A stretch of 64,000 nucleotides of DNA, from positions 38,348 through 102,347 of IMG/VR virus record IMGVR_UViG_3300032304_000826. One strand, written 5' to 3'. Below, piece after piece: positions 49,925-61,004 of the stretch. The DNA comes from a virus. A program made the position numbers and the translations under genes. The notes under the pieces are model-generated. The model was not told the DNA's origin and made no database searches. It saw only the letters and a program-made list of their open reading frames with translations. How positions within the stretch are numbered: position 1 is the stretch's first letter; each line of letters starts with the position of its first letter.

Positions 49925-51418
49925 TTAGTTTTCTAGATTATCAGAGAGTATTCTAGTGGTATCTTCCTCAGAAAGCCCATCATTTGGTAGCTGTCTTAAG
50001 GTACTAGCACGGTCTCCGAACAAAGCTGACATTACACCACCAGAGGTTTGACGCTCTACAGTCATTCGAACAAACTCTTTATTTTCTTCAAGTTCTTTTA
50101 GTTGCTTGATGATTTTAAACAATCTGTCTATCTCCTGTCCGGTATTTGGATCAGGGTAACCACCATTTAACTCTTCCGCAAATCGTGCAAAAGCGACTCT
50201 AGAGCCCTGCATTTCGATAATTGCGTTTAAAAGAGCCTTTAATTGTTCCTTAGTCTTAACCTCAAGTGGAAGGTTAAAAGCACAGGCTGAATCGGGTTTC
50301 ATTGCCGGACAATTTGCAGCAACGAAGCATGTGTTACATTGACGAAGAGAAACACCGCTTGTAGATAAGACTGGTGCTTCCTGTATGACGTCTCTTCCTT
50401 CAGCATCTCTCTCAATTATTGACTTTGTACTTACAGAAAATACTGGTAAGGTACGCATTTCTTCAGGGGTTCTTCCCTTAATTACTTCAGAATCTTTCCG
50501 CACTTCTAGGGTCCTATTATCAGGTTCCACACTACCTGTTTCCGCAGAACCAGGATCATCCTTGTATGCACTCTTATCAGATAACAGTGGCACTCTATTC
50601 TTATTTAAGGAAGTTTCTAGTTGTAGGTACGACCAAATCGCTAACTTAGTAACTTCGTTACTATCATCTTCCATAATCAAATCAAAATCTAATCCGGCCT
50701 TCTCTATTACAGCCTTGTATCTTGGTCGGGCTTGGTCTTTCATCTTCTTCTGGTATCTAACCAGGCGAGAGCCGTCCCAGACTATAGTCTCTCCGCGCAT
50801 CATAGGCGAGAGCCAGGATAGGGTGCTAGCCGTGCTCAGAGGCACCTGTCGCAGGTTTGCAGGGTTAGCGCAAGCTAATCCGTGGAAGGAAGTATCAAAC
50901 TGTGACTTCAATGCTCGTGTGCGTGCTGAGAGTGTTAAATCGGTATCTAGGGTCTCTCCAAGGATAGCTACGTGCTCGTAACCTTGAGACAAGCTCATTA
51001 AAGCTGGGTGTCCTAGAGCGCCATTCCAAACTGCCATAAATCGGTCAGTTCCAAAGTCTTCCCAGAAGGATTTTCGTTGTTCATTGATCCAAGCTGGTCC
51101 AAGGGCTCTGGCATCGATTTCTGTAGCCATAAAGATTTTATCTTCATTCGTAACTACCCAATCTTGATACTCTCCCGCGTATTCTTCGAGTTCTCCCACA
51201 GATAGAGACTCTTTATTAACCTGATATCCGCCCCCATCTACATAGATGCGGACATCATCTGGGTACTTTTCGGACAAAAGGTATTCTTTGGTTTTGGGTA
51301 GGCCTCGCTTTACCAGGCGCCAGTAGTTGATGCCAATATGCTTTACCCCGGCCTCAATTAGAAGTTTACGGTGTGACGGGACTTCTCCACCTAGAAATAC
51401 TAGATCCATCATTCCCAC
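49925..51418 (-). CDS. Divergent tRNA-guanine-transglycosylase-like barrel fused to a Cys-rich helical domain
   Basis: YVDGGGY, FHGLA, STASTLSW resemble DSGGF/HGLG/SxDSxSW; CNTC..CP..C. Confidence 0.45.
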   Translation of the reverse strand: MGMMDLVFLGGEVPSHRKLLIEAGVKHIGINYWRLVKRGLPKTKEYLLSEKYPDDVRIYVDGGGYQVNKESLSVGELEEYAGEYQDWVVTNEDKIFMATEIDARALGPAWINEQRKSFWEDFGTDRFMAVWNGALGHPALMSLSQGYEHVAILGETLDTDLTLSARTRALKSQFDTSFHGLACANPANLRQVPLSTASTLSWLSPMMRGETIVWDGSRLVRYQKKMKDQARPRYKAVIEKAGLDFDLIMEDDSNEVTKLAIWSYLQLETSLNKNRVPLLSDKSAYKDDPGSAETGSVEPDNRTLEVRKDSEVIKGRTPEEMRTLPVFSVSTKSIIERDAEGRDVIQEAPVLSTSGVSLRQCNTCFVAANCPAMKPDSACAFNLPLEVKTKEQLKALLNAIIEMQGSRVAFARFAEELNGGYPDPNTGQEIDRLFKIIKQLKELEENKEFVRMTVERQTSGGVMSALFGDRASTLRQLPNDGLSEEDTTRILSDNLEN

Positions 51419-51873
51419 CTTCTTAGAGCGCTATCGGTCATCATTTGAATAGTCAATTCTCTTTGAGCTTTTACTTCTTCTTTAAGCTCTTCCCAAGGAC
51501 GAACAGGGCGCTTTCTACGAACAAACGTTGGGGATAAGAATAACATAGTGGGTACCCCAGCATTCATAGCCGCGGCAGACCTATCTACATCGCAGTCTAT
51601 AAAGAGCTCAACTTCACCTTGAGACCTAGCATAAGCTAGATGACGCATACGTAGATCTTGACCCTCAAAAGCTATCCTATTATCATACAAATCTGCGTAA
51701 CCTAAAATCATATTAGCTCTGCACCAATGCTCAGCTTCTTCGATTGTTCCATCAGTAGCTAGGACAACGCGATAGTGCTCGTTCATTACGCGGAATAACT
51801 TTATGCCAGCGTGTATTGGGTCGCCAGTTTCTGTTCTAAGTACGCCGTCTAGTGAAATGAGTGCTGTTGCCAT
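51409..51873 (-). CDS. HAD-superfamily-like protein
   Basis: ISLDGVL motif I variant, LAT, FIDCD. Confidence 0.55.
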   Translation of the reverse strand: MATALISLDGVLRTETGDPIHAGIKLFRVMNEHYRVVLATDGTIEEAEHWCRANMILGYADLYDNRIAFEGQDLRMRHLAYARSQGEVELFIDCDVDRSAAAMNAGVPTMLFLSPTFVRRKRPVRPWEELKEEVKAQRELTIQMMTDSALRRWE

Positions 51874-52791
51874 TTATGGTCTCCGATGTGTAGCGGCTCT
51901 CCTAATCAAGGTTTCCGTATCAGGTAAAACCATTCCGTAAGTCTCTAATTCTTTTTCTTCTTTTGAGCCGTCTCTATAATCTTTTATTGCTTTCAACGCA
52001 TGTATTGCGCCAGACTGCTTTCCAGCTTGCCAACGATAGTTGTTGAAGTCTTCGTATCCAGAGCCTATGCTGCTAAAGGCAACTTTTCTACCTTCATGGA
52101 TACTATTGTAGAAAGCAACAGCTTGGTCTACAACATCTTCTAATCGTCTTTGGGCGTTTAACCTGTAGGCCGGATTAGTTGTAGCTTGAACTTCGTTTAA
52201 AGCTTGAGAGTACCGATTGACTAACTCAAGAGCTGTCTCGTAATCTCTTTCCACCTTGTTTTCCCAAGCTCTTGGATCTGGTTTAGATCTAGGATTACGG
52301 TTAGGCTCTACTGTCCAAGAGTCTGAAGTTAAGTTATATGCTGCATACGGATTGATGTCTCGTATATCAGATTGAGGATTCACATAATACGTGAGCTCGT
52401 AGCCTTCCCAATTTCTGGTATTAGGCATTAAATCAGTATTAAAGTCTTTATTAAACATATGGGCAATTTCATCATTAGACAAGCCCAGATAGTCATTGTT
52501 GTATTTTCTAAAGGTTATGTAGTCAACGCCTACTAAACAATCTAAATCTGCAGGATCTCGTGTTGCAGACCATTGATAAGATACTCCGGATCCAGCTAAC
52601 CAGACCGTAGTCCAAGATTCTGCATTCATGTACCGCACTCTTAAGTGCTCGTAAAGAAGTCTCTGAATGCCATTACGCACCCAAGGACGAAGATGAGTAC
52701 CTATAAATAATCTAGGGTCAAGCTCTGTTTCAGGCTTGCTGAAGTAGGAGGTATCGCTAGGGGATACGCTTACTTCTGAAAATCTCTCCAT
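51874..52791 (-). CDS. Pol-beta-superfamily nucleotidyltransferase
   Basis: LAGSG..Y.W..DLD motif and downstream ELTYYV. Confidence 0.7.
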   Translation of the reverse strand: MERFSEVSVSPSDTSYFSKPETELDPRLFIGTHLRPWVRNGIQRLLYEHLRVRYMNAESWTTVWLAGSGVSYQWSATRDPADLDCLVGVDYITFRKYNNDYLGLSNDEIAHMFNKDFNTDLMPNTRNWEGYELTYYVNPQSDIRDINPYAAYNLTSDSWTVEPNRNPRSKPDPRAWENKVERDYETALELVNRYSQALNEVQATTNPAYRLNAQRRLEDVVDQAVAFYNSIHEGRKVAFSSIGSGYEDFNNYRWQAGKQSGAIHALKAIKDYRDGSKEEKELETYGMVLPDTETLIRRAATHRRP

Positions 52792-52962
52792 AGGTACTAT
52801 TCTTCATCCTCAATAGGTGTATGTCTCAGTTAACCCTTTAACAATGAACTTAGAAAACCCAGAAATGTTAAAAATCGGGGTCCCTTGTTCGTTAAGTACA
52901 AACCAGGTTTGTTTGCTTTCTAGGAATTGTTTCAAGGCGCCCTTTATAAAGGCCTCCATGAT

Positions 52963-53817
52963 TTAATCCGTTTCGGCAGATACTTCAAAAGCTTCAGAAG
53001 CTTTTTGATTTGCTGAAGCTAACTTCACAAGAGTGTACTCTGCCGCAGACTGAGCGTTAATGTCCATTAACAATTCAGATGTGTAACGTCGTACTTCTCG
53101 CAGAGTTGCGGGGCGTGCTACCTCAGCGGAAAATGCTTCTGGGTTAGTCTCTAAATATGCGTTTCCTTCTGCGTCTAGCAGTAGGGCAAATCCAAGAACA
53201 AAGGTCTTTTTTTCTTCAGTCATTTTTTATTCCTATTCGTTGTACATTCCGGTTTTTTTACGCTGTTGCGTAACTACATGAGTTTTTACTGGGCAGAAGT
53301 CGCAAAGAAATACGTCGGTACCTGCGGACTGTGCTGGCATAGGAAGTCCTGCTTCCTTACGTTCAGCATGAGTCTTAGGAATAAGTCGCTTCTTTGAATC
53401 TCTCCAGTCAGGGCATCCGCCTGTAGGGCGGAGATGATCAGAGTAACACTTCATAGCATCCTCATAAAAAGTAGCCTTAGTAGTGTAGTAATCTGGATCA
53501 ATATCAGCTAATCCTCCACCTACGCGATTTCGGATATTTTTTATAATTTCTTTTCTAAACTTCTCTTGTCCCCAGAGTTTTACGCCGATACGAGATAGAA
53601 AACCTGTGTGAGGTATCCCAGCACTATTATGCTTTTCAACAGCTAGCTCTAAGAAAATATCATCGTCTGAGTTGCCCTCAAAATCAGGCAGCTCTTCGAT
53701 TGATTTACAGTTGTAACAGTAGAGTAGCCTAATCTTAGGCCCTTCATCGCGGACCTCTACGTACTCTCCATTTTGATCAGCAGGCAGACCGCCTTGACCT
53801 AAAATTGGTACTCCCAT
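52963..53817 (-). CDS. Two hypothetical ORFs (52963-53223; 53233-53817 Cys-rich)
   Basis: RBSs; CYNC and CDFCP motifs. Confidence 0.6.
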
Positions 53818-53849
53818 AATATTCCTCTCTATAGGAGGAACATCTTACC

Positions 53850-56800
53850 CTATCCTCCGGCTTTTCCTTCTTTCCTGTTACGGAAAGTGCCACGTACATC
53901 AGCCTTTTTACGTGCCGCCTCTAATTGTGCGGGCGTGTAATCAGGTAACCTAGTGACTTTATAGGTACGCCCATTTCTAACTTCTTCAGTAACCGCTATA
54001 CCACTTGACTTAGGAGTCTTTTTTCTAACCCTTTTACCAACCGGTTCAGAATGTTTAGGGTTTAAAAAGTCTGCTTCTTGTGCAGTTATATGGCCGCCCT
54101 TTAATGCAACTCTAACGCTAGAAGCGGTAGGAGTTATTCCCGATTTACGGTCTACAAGAGCTTTTTTTTCTTTTTTAGGCCGATCAGATAACTTTGGGTG
54201 CCGGGTTAAAAGTCCTGCATCCATGCGCTCTTGCCGTTTTGGTCCAGCGCCTATAAAACGATATATTCTATCTGGACGCTTCATTTAACTAATCCGGTGT
54301 CTAGCTCTCCTCTGCGACCCTTTGCTTCAAACAAAGCTCGATTTTTATACGCAGGAGATTCTGTAGCAGATCTTGGATGAGCAACAGTTTCTATGTCAAG
54401 TTGATTTCTAGTAACATTGCCCTCTCCAGGTATTTGAGCAATTCGATGTCCTATTACGCCTATCATTGCCGCAGTTTTATCAGGATCCATAGCTTGAACT
54501 ACAGCATTTACAATACTAACGCCTGGACGTCCGGTTCCGGAAGAAGATTTAAACTTACTAGGGGTTTTCTTAACCCGTTCTCTCATAGGCGTACTTTGTA
54601 CAACTTGACGAGGAACTGAATCTTCAGAGTCTCTATCTTGAACATCAAACATATCGGCTACTTGAGAAGTCATAGGAGTGCTTGTAGGCACAGGTAAGCC
54701 ACGCTTTTTAGCATTCTTAATTGCCGTCTCTTTACAGTCATAGCACATTGGAGCAAAGTGAGTGCCCTTGTCATGAGGAATAGAAACTAAATTTGTACCC
54801 TTTTGTTCGCACTTATTCCCAAAGCAAGCATAACGATCTCTTTGAGCTCCGCCTGTAGTTAACCCTGAACCTTGTGCGGTTTTATTGCCCTTGTTGCCGC
54901 GTTTACCGCGTTGTTTAGGCGCAACATAGGTAGGGCCTTCAAACCCAATTCCCGCACCAAAAGAATCGTCTGACTCTTTAGAGGTCGCAAAACTTTCTAT
55001 AACTGAGTCTAATGCGGATGAACGCTCTCGTCCACCAACGGTTTCGGTCATTAACTCCGAAAACTTAGTATCGTCAGCCATTTTTCTTCTTCCGTTGTTT
55101 AAAGTTAACTTTAACTACATTGTTGACGTGCTCAGTAGAGCCTTCTAAAAAAGCTACTGGCTCCGCTCGGAGTCTACGCATACGCAAAGCTGGATGTTCC
55201 GGAGTTTCCTCAGCCATCTCTTTCTTTGTATACTTATCGTCCGGCTTCCAAGCCATTACTACTAGTCCGTAGCGAGAGTTTGGTTATAAGTATTATCGAC
55301 CATAGGGCGGCGACCTAAAGCAGCTTCTGCCTTAAGTGGGTTTACCTTTGTTGGTGACTCAGAATCAATGAAGTCATAGTTCCAGTAAGGATTCAAGCCG
55401 CGACGGTTTGCAAGCATGATCTCGTCACCTGTGCCTGGGGCAACAGTTGTGTTAGGACGAACCTTGCGGTACTTGCCGTCTGTTGCGCCCTCATCCATAG
55501 ACTTATTGAGTGAGCGTGATTCGTTAGTTGCCATTATTTATCCTTTTCTTTTTTCATAATCAGATTTAATCTGTATTTCAAGTTTTTCTTGTGCCGCTTC
55601 ACCTTGAGTTATTAAGCCCTTGCTTCGTTGCTTGTCTACTTTACTTGCACGTGAAGTTGTAAGGCGTACTGATTCTGGGCGCGTATGAAGAACAACGCTT
55701 GGATAGGATTCTTTGCTTGAGGTCATCCCAGTTCCAGAGGAATTAGGGTGTTGGATAGTCGAGGATAGATTTCCTGGACGTCCACCCATAGAAGCAGCGC
55801 CATAAGCTGCCATAGTCTCTTGATGTGTACGAATAGACTTAGCTACTCGTCGGGCATCTCTTGCTCTATTTTTTGCCATTAATCTATGTCATTTCTATAA
55901 GAGGTGGCTACTTTTTCAGGAATAACTTTTGCTTTAGGCTTTGCTGCAGACTCTGCGTTACTTGCCGTTTTGCGCTCTCGTTCTACTTGATCTGCAGGTT
56001 TATTACCTCGCACTGTTTTAGGGCTTATATTTGAGTCTTTGTCTCCCCAAGGATCAGAGTCATTGTAACTACCGCCAGAGGATGGGGTAGACTTTTTTCC
56101 AAAACTAAAAGGTTTACGTGAGCCGTCACGACGAGGCACTTTCATTTCTTTTTCGCTTTCTTATTCTCATTAGTATTCTTGCCCTTAAGCTTTTCTTTTG
56201 CTTTAGCTTTTTGACGTTCTTGATCCGCAATAGTTTTTTCCTTTAAAGGAACAACCTTCATCTTGTTATTAAGCTTTGGTCCCTTTGGAGGGTTAGCTCC
56301 TCCGGCAGCATAGGCTTTTTTAGGCTTTTCTTTTTCTCTCTTAAAATGACCGTAATCATCATTATTTTCTTTATCTGGCTTAAGACCATAGGTGCCCTTG
56401 CTAGGCTTTTTAGGCAGGCCAACACCAAACTTCTTCTTTGGGCCCTCGTCATCTGCTGAGGCTACGGCGGTCTTCATAGGTATAGTTTCCCTTATTCTTA
56501 CTGTTCTGGCGCCTTAAACTTTTTACGAACTTTGGCAATTCTAGGTCGTATGACCTTTTTGCTTCTAGCTACAAACTTCTCACTGTGACGGTACTTGGAG
56601 ATAGCCGCAGGGGACCCTGGGTTTATAGCCATAGATTGTTTGGCTACCCAAGGAGCTCGACGTGCTTGCTTTGACCAACCGCTGCTCATAGACCCAACGG
56701 ATGCACCGCCGGGAGATAATCTAGCTTTTGCTTTTGGTGTCTGAGAAGCTCTGCTACCGCCTATTGCCTTAGGTGGTGCTTTAGGCTTAGGAGGTTTAGG

Positions 56801-56987
56801 GGCATTACCTTTCGCCACGAGATCCTCCTCCCATTGCAGACTTAGCATGCTTCTTGTACATAAGGTTTCGGCATTCTACGCATAGCCCAGTATCCCCAGA
56901 GTAAAGAACCTCAAGGGGAGTCATTAAATCATTGCATTGTGGGCAAAACTCTGACCCAGAATATACAGACTCGGTAGCGTAATCCAC
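53850..56987 (-). CDS. Run of coupled, mostly Lys/Arg-rich small ORFs (53850-54284, 54281-55081, 55074-55256, 55262-55534, 55538-55879, 55879-56145, 56142-56477, 56498-56818, 56805-56987)
   Basis: Abutting ORFs on one strand; no recognisable domains apart from CxxC pairs. Confidence 0.55.
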
Positions 56988-57254
56988 TTAAACCTTCTGT
57001 CCAGCAAAGATCTCGTCAATCTTTTCTACATCAAAGGCACCGTCTATGCGGTTAACCATGTTTCCTTTATTAAAAAATACAAAAGTAGGCACAGCCTCAA
57101 CTTTATTTTGATCTGCTGCGTCTTTATCTTCGTCAATGTCTATTTTTATATATTCAACTGTTGGGTTAGCTGCTAAATATTCCTCTATAAGAGGCTTCAT
57201 CTGCTTACAAAATACACACCATTCAGCTGTGAAGTGCCATAACTCTTTCATCAC
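56988..57254 (-). CDS. Thioredoxin
   Basis: FTAEWCVFCK, IDID, VPTF. Confidence 0.85.
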   Translation of the reverse strand: MMKELWHFTAEWCVFCKQMKPLIEEYLAANPTVEYIKIDIDEDKDAADQNKVEAVPTFVFFNKGNMVNRIDGAFDVEKIDEIFAGQKV

Positions 57255-57637
57255 CAGAATCCTTGGTCTTGTGCGTTACGCAGGGTTCCTTGGTAGCCTG
57301 CTTGGGATGCAGTAAAGTCTACCCTAGTTGGCTGGAAGGTTTCATCCACATTCATAACGTCGCGTATACCAAGAGCTCGGGTACGGTATCCAAATCTAGG
57401 TGGAAGCATTTGTATAGTAGGTATAGTTGGCCGGACCAGCTGCTGTAGAGCATGGCCAGGCATAGTTACAGAGTTTAGCGCTTGCGAAATAAGCTGCTCT
57501 TGCTTATTAGCAAAAGGGCCCATATAGTCATAACGAATACCAAGATCTTCTTCTTCATTGCGAGTTCCTACAATTTGTCGGGGTTTAGTGTGGTCATAGA
57601 TGGAGTCTTGTGAGTTCATAGATTTTCTGTCCTCCAT
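57251..57637 (-). CDS. Hypothetical protein
   Basis: Coupled ORF. Confidence 0.55.
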   Translation of the reverse strand: MEDRKSMNSQDSIYDHTKPRQIVGTRNEEEDLGIRYDYMGPFANKQEQLISQALNSVTMPGHALQQLVRPTIPTIQMLPPRFGYRTRALGIRDVMNVDETFQPTRVDFTASQAGYQGTLRNAQDQGFW

Positions 57638-58410
57638 ATATCTTGGTTTCGTGACTTGTCTACGCTATCGTAAAAATGTACGGCTCTAGCCTTAAATATA
57701 GCGGGATATCCACGAAGATTGGGCCTTAACAAAACCCCATATTGAGAGTCTTTGTCGTCCCAAAGAGGGTCATGAGAAGTAATGTGCATGTAATCATGGC
57801 CACCCCTAAGTTGTATATTAGCTGCTGCCCTATGGCCCCCAGTAATAATAGTATTATTTCTAATCGTAGGCATGGGCATACCTCTTCCGGGTACTGAGAA
57901 GGTGTCGTTTCCTTTATCAGAAAAGGTATGTTGAAAAGAGTCCGACATTTCAGTAAAATTTTTGGTTTGCCTAACCATTTCTCTATCATCAGAAGTAAGA
58001 TCTTTTATAATGTTTGACGAATGAATGACATGGCTATACTTTGGGTTTTTACGTTGAATGCCCTGCACTAAGCTTTCAGAAGATTTTGATATGCCAATAT
58101 CATCAAACTCATCTTGAGTTAAGTGAATTGGGTTGCTAGGCTTTACGCGCCCTTCTACAACAGCCGCACCAGTATCTCCGTCAGCTTTTGCGTACTCTAC
58201 GGCGTCATGCATTTTATCTGTAAGGTAAAGCCCAGGGCCAAATCTTTTTGGGTAATCTCTATCTTTAGTCCCACCTACATTAAAAGAAGTGCGAAGCACT
58301 GGCTCTTGTTTTGGAGCATTTTCTGGGCGTAATCCAGATATTAAACGTGCAGTTCCTACTCGAGTCCCGTGAAACATAGGCCCAACAAGGTAGGATGGGT
58401 CATTAGCCAC
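57616..58410 (-). CDS. ADP-ribosyltransferase-fold protein (H-Y clade)
   Basis: FHGT, FGPGLYLT, A.EYA signature. Confidence 0.6.
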   Translation of the reverse strand: MANDPSYLVGPMFHGTRVGTARLISGLRPENAPKQEPVLRTSFNVGGTKDRDYPKRFGPGLYLTDKMHDAVEYAKADGDTGAAVVEGRVKPSNPIHLTQDEFDDIGISKSSESLVQGIQRKNPKYSHVIHSSNIIKDLTSDDREMVRQTKNFTEMSDSFQHTFSDKGNDTFSVPGRGMPMPTIRNNTIITGGHRAAANIQLRGGHDYMHITSHDPLWDDKDSQYGVLLRPNLRGYPAIFKARAVHFYDSVDKSRNQDIWRTENL

Positions 58411-58674
58411 TTACTTACTGCTTCCGCCCTCAAAGTTATCCGTGTCGTTCTTTCGTGCACGGGTAGACTTTTTTCTAGGAGCTAGTGGTATACCGGCATT
58501 TAGCTGGCCTAGTACGCTTTCAATCTCTGACTGAGAGAATCTTTTATGCCCTCCAGGACTTACACCTACGCCCTTTAGATTTTCAGCATGGCGACGCATG
58601 GTCTTTGGGCTAACACGCCACTTTTTTGCGGCTTCTCGTGAAGTGTAAAATGGTTCGTCGTTTTCTAATCCCAT
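58411..58674 (-). CDS. BldC-like MerR-type HTH protein
   Basis: EP..T..E.A...RV.PKT..R.A....GGH.R....I...L; start reassigned to ATG 58674. Confidence 0.7.
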   Translation of the reverse strand: MGLENDEPFYTSREAAKKWRVSPKTMRRHAENLKGVGVSPGGHKRFSQSEIESVLGQLNAGIPLAPRKKSTRARKNDTDNFEGGSSK

Positions 58675-58675
58675 A

Positions 58676-59221
58676 TCAATTCCAATGTGGTCGTAGGTGA
58701 GAGAACTGCTGAGCAAGTCTAGGATTAAACTCGGCAGGTACATTTGAGGAAATGTTTGCTTTACCATCGTTTACCAATTTAGGTGCTGGAGCTAGGTTCT
58801 GATTTGGGGTGTATCGAGGGATGGTCATAGTAACCGCGCCCTCATTTTCAACCATAGAGTAAAGATTTTGCTTTACTCTACGATCTGGGCGTAAGTTTTC
58901 TGGCCACATATACTGACCAGGATCAATGCGCTCACCTTTGTGAACTCCACGTTGGTAAGCGCGTTGATTTGTCCTGTTCTTTAAAGAATCTAATACTGTA
59001 TCTGATACAGCGTAAGGCTTGCCCTTATCATCACGGCGTGAACGTATAGTGCCTAAGTATCCATCTGGATACTCAGCTTGTGGAACACGTCCAATACCTA
59101 AGCGCTGGTAGTCAAGGTCGCTTCGTGGTACCACTGGGGTACCATTTCCACCTGTGGTGGTGTAAGCGCCCTGGTAGCCGTTAGCGCCAAGGTATTGCCA
59201 GTTTTGATGTGATTGAGGCAT
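58676..59221 (-). CDS. Hypothetical protein (leaderless candidate)
   Basis: TAAACT 6 nt before the ATG. Confidence 0.6.
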   Translation of the reverse strand: MPQSHQNWQYLGANGYQGAYTTTGGNGTPVVPRSDLDYQRLGIGRVPQAEYPDGYLGTIRSRRDDKGKPYAVSDTVLDSLKNRTNQRAYQRGVHKGERIDPGQYMWPENLRPDRRVKQNLYSMVENEGAVTMTIPRYTPNQNLAPAPKLVNDGKANISSNVPAEFNPRLAQQFSHLRPHWN

Positions 59222-59239
59222 ACCCTAAGTTTACGTCTT

Positions 59240-59515
59240 CTACTTAGCTTTGGCTTTCTTAGCTGCCTTCTTATTTGAGCTTGCCAAAACAGCGGCCAAT
59301 TGCTTCTCAACTTCAGGCAAAGCGAGCTTTATGAGACCAAATGCTGGGTCCTTTGGGTTTACGGCGCGAATTGCTACTGGCAGGATTGCTGCTAGTCCGG
59401 CTGCGATGAGTCCCTTTGGGTCAGTGTTTCCGGTGCTCCATAGAGCTACAGCTGCTGCAAGAAATGAGCGACCGTATGATGCGAGGATTGCGGTGATTTT
59501 TGGGTCTAGCTTCAT
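59240..59515 (-). CDS. Holin-like two-TM protein
   Basis: SYGRSF..two TM..NPKDPAFG, basic tail. Confidence 0.6.
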   Translation of the reverse strand: MKLDPKITAILASYGRSFLAAAVALWSTGNTDPKGLIAAGLAAILPVAIRAVNPKDPAFGLIKLALPEVEKQLAAVLASSNKKAAKKAKAK

Positions 59516-59517
59516 AG

Positions 59518-59760
59518 TTATTCCTTATCTGTTTTCTTTACTAGTATAGTAAAGAGATCATCTAATCTTTTTGATTGAGCTTCTTGACTTTTTTCTAAAC
59601 GATTAACTGAGTCTTTAACTGAACTGCCCCCGTTTGGTTTTAATTCTGAAAGGTAATCACTAACAAGTCTTTTTACCATTCTACCAACCCTCAACTCTAG
59701 TATTCCAAGAATTGTAAAGGTTCCAATAACTGCGGTAAAAGCGAACTCAACATTAGACAT
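59518..59760 (-). CDS. Single-TM protein (PNGGSSVKD motif)
   Basis: N-terminal TM helix then coiled coil, typical of actinophage lysis-adjacent genes. Confidence 0.55.
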   Translation of the reverse strand: MSNVEFAFTAVIGTFTILGILELRVGRMVKRLVSDYLSELKPNGGSSVKDSVNRLEKSQEAQSKRLDDLFTILVKKTDKE

Positions 59761-59834
59761 TAAGTTATCCTAAAAGTAAGGGGCAGGTGTACTGGCCTAT
59801 CATGCAGTACACGTGGTCAGTACGTCACGCTAAA

Positions 59835-61004
59835 CTAGGTAAGAACTATTAATTCTCTTCTAGGATCGACGCCGTCTCCTACAACCATAGACACTATTCC
59901 CGGAGCGCTTTCTAGCCCAGATTTATCTCTAAACCAGGCAGATCCGTTATCCATTGCAGGGTTTTGTACAAATAACCTAGGTCCAACGCTTTGTGCGTGG
60001 TAATGGTGGTAGTGTCCAACATTTAAGATGTCAGCTTGCGCTACAGCACATCGACCCATAGCTTGGCCGCCCCACCATTTAATCATGTCACGGGCTTGAT
60101 GGCCATGGGCCATGCCGTACATAACGCCACTTAGGTTTACAGCTATAGTCATGTCATCTGCTGCTGGGTAACGGAACTCTACGCGATCTCGTAAGAAATC
60201 ATTCTCTTTACAGATATCCTCAACTTGAGAAACTACTTCGATCTGCCAAGAGTCTTCTGGCCTGCCTAATAAAAATCTTTGGACTTCATCATGGTTTCCT
60301 GGAACAACAGGAATAATAAGTTTTGGTGCTAAAGGTGCGAGCGCTTTAACTTGAGCTAGTAACATTCTACGACCAACTCGTACTTGCTCTGATACGCCAA
60401 TATCATGTCGACCCATTACTTTACCTTTTTGACTTGTCATACCTTCGATACAGTCACCTAATTGAGGTAAAGCTATCTGCCCTATTGAATATTTCTTTGC
60501 TAAATACTTATGGTGATCTACTGCAGAATCAAAAGACTTTAATACTCTATCTATAATTGCTGGGGTATCGTCTTTTCCATATTGCGTATCACCTATGCTG
60601 TATACAGCTGTTAAATCTCCTGAAGCGGAAACAACTTTACTTGGAGACCATTTAGTTATCCCAGTTAACAGTTGTTCTAAATCATAATCAGGTTTGGTGT
60701 TTACTCTTGAAGGAACTACATTAACTCTAAATGATTCTAACCAATCACCGTTAAACGTTTGCCAACGTGATCTACGGTGAGAAACTACTACCCACTCTGC
60801 TGGATCTAATTTTGCCTCTATTAATATCTCTTCTGCGCCAGGAGTATTACCATCTGGTCTTGGTGTTGAGATAACAAAGCCGCCCTCTGTACCTATTTCA
60901 GAACGTGGTCTCCACGCCTCTGGAATATTTTTATTGGCTTTATCTGAACCTTGATTACCAGCTTGAATTATCGAATCATAATCATCTGCTAAAGACATAC
61001 ACAA
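59835..61004 (-). CDS. Calcineurin-like metallophosphoesterase
   Basis: GDTQ, LGDCIE, GNHD, AHGH, GHYHH. Confidence 0.85.
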   Translation of the reverse strand: MCMSLADDYDSIIQAGNQGSDKANKNIPEAWRPRSEIGTEGGFVISTPRPDGNTPGAEEILIEAKLDPAEWVVVSHRRSRWQTFNGDWLESFRVNVVPSRVNTKPDYDLEQLLTGITKWSPSKVVSASGDLTAVYSIGDTQYGKDDTPAIIDRVLKSFDSAVDHHKYLAKKYSIGQIALPQLGDCIEGMTSQKGKVMGRHDIGVSEQVRVGRRMLLAQVKALAPLAPKLIIPVVPGNHDEVQRFLLGRPEDSWQIEVVSQVEDICKENDFLRDRVEFRYPAADDMTIAVNLSGVMYGMAHGHQARDMIKWWGGQAMGRCAVAQADILNVGHYHHYHAQSVGPRLFVQNPAMDNGSAWFRDKSGLESAPGIVSMVVGDGVDPRRELIVLT

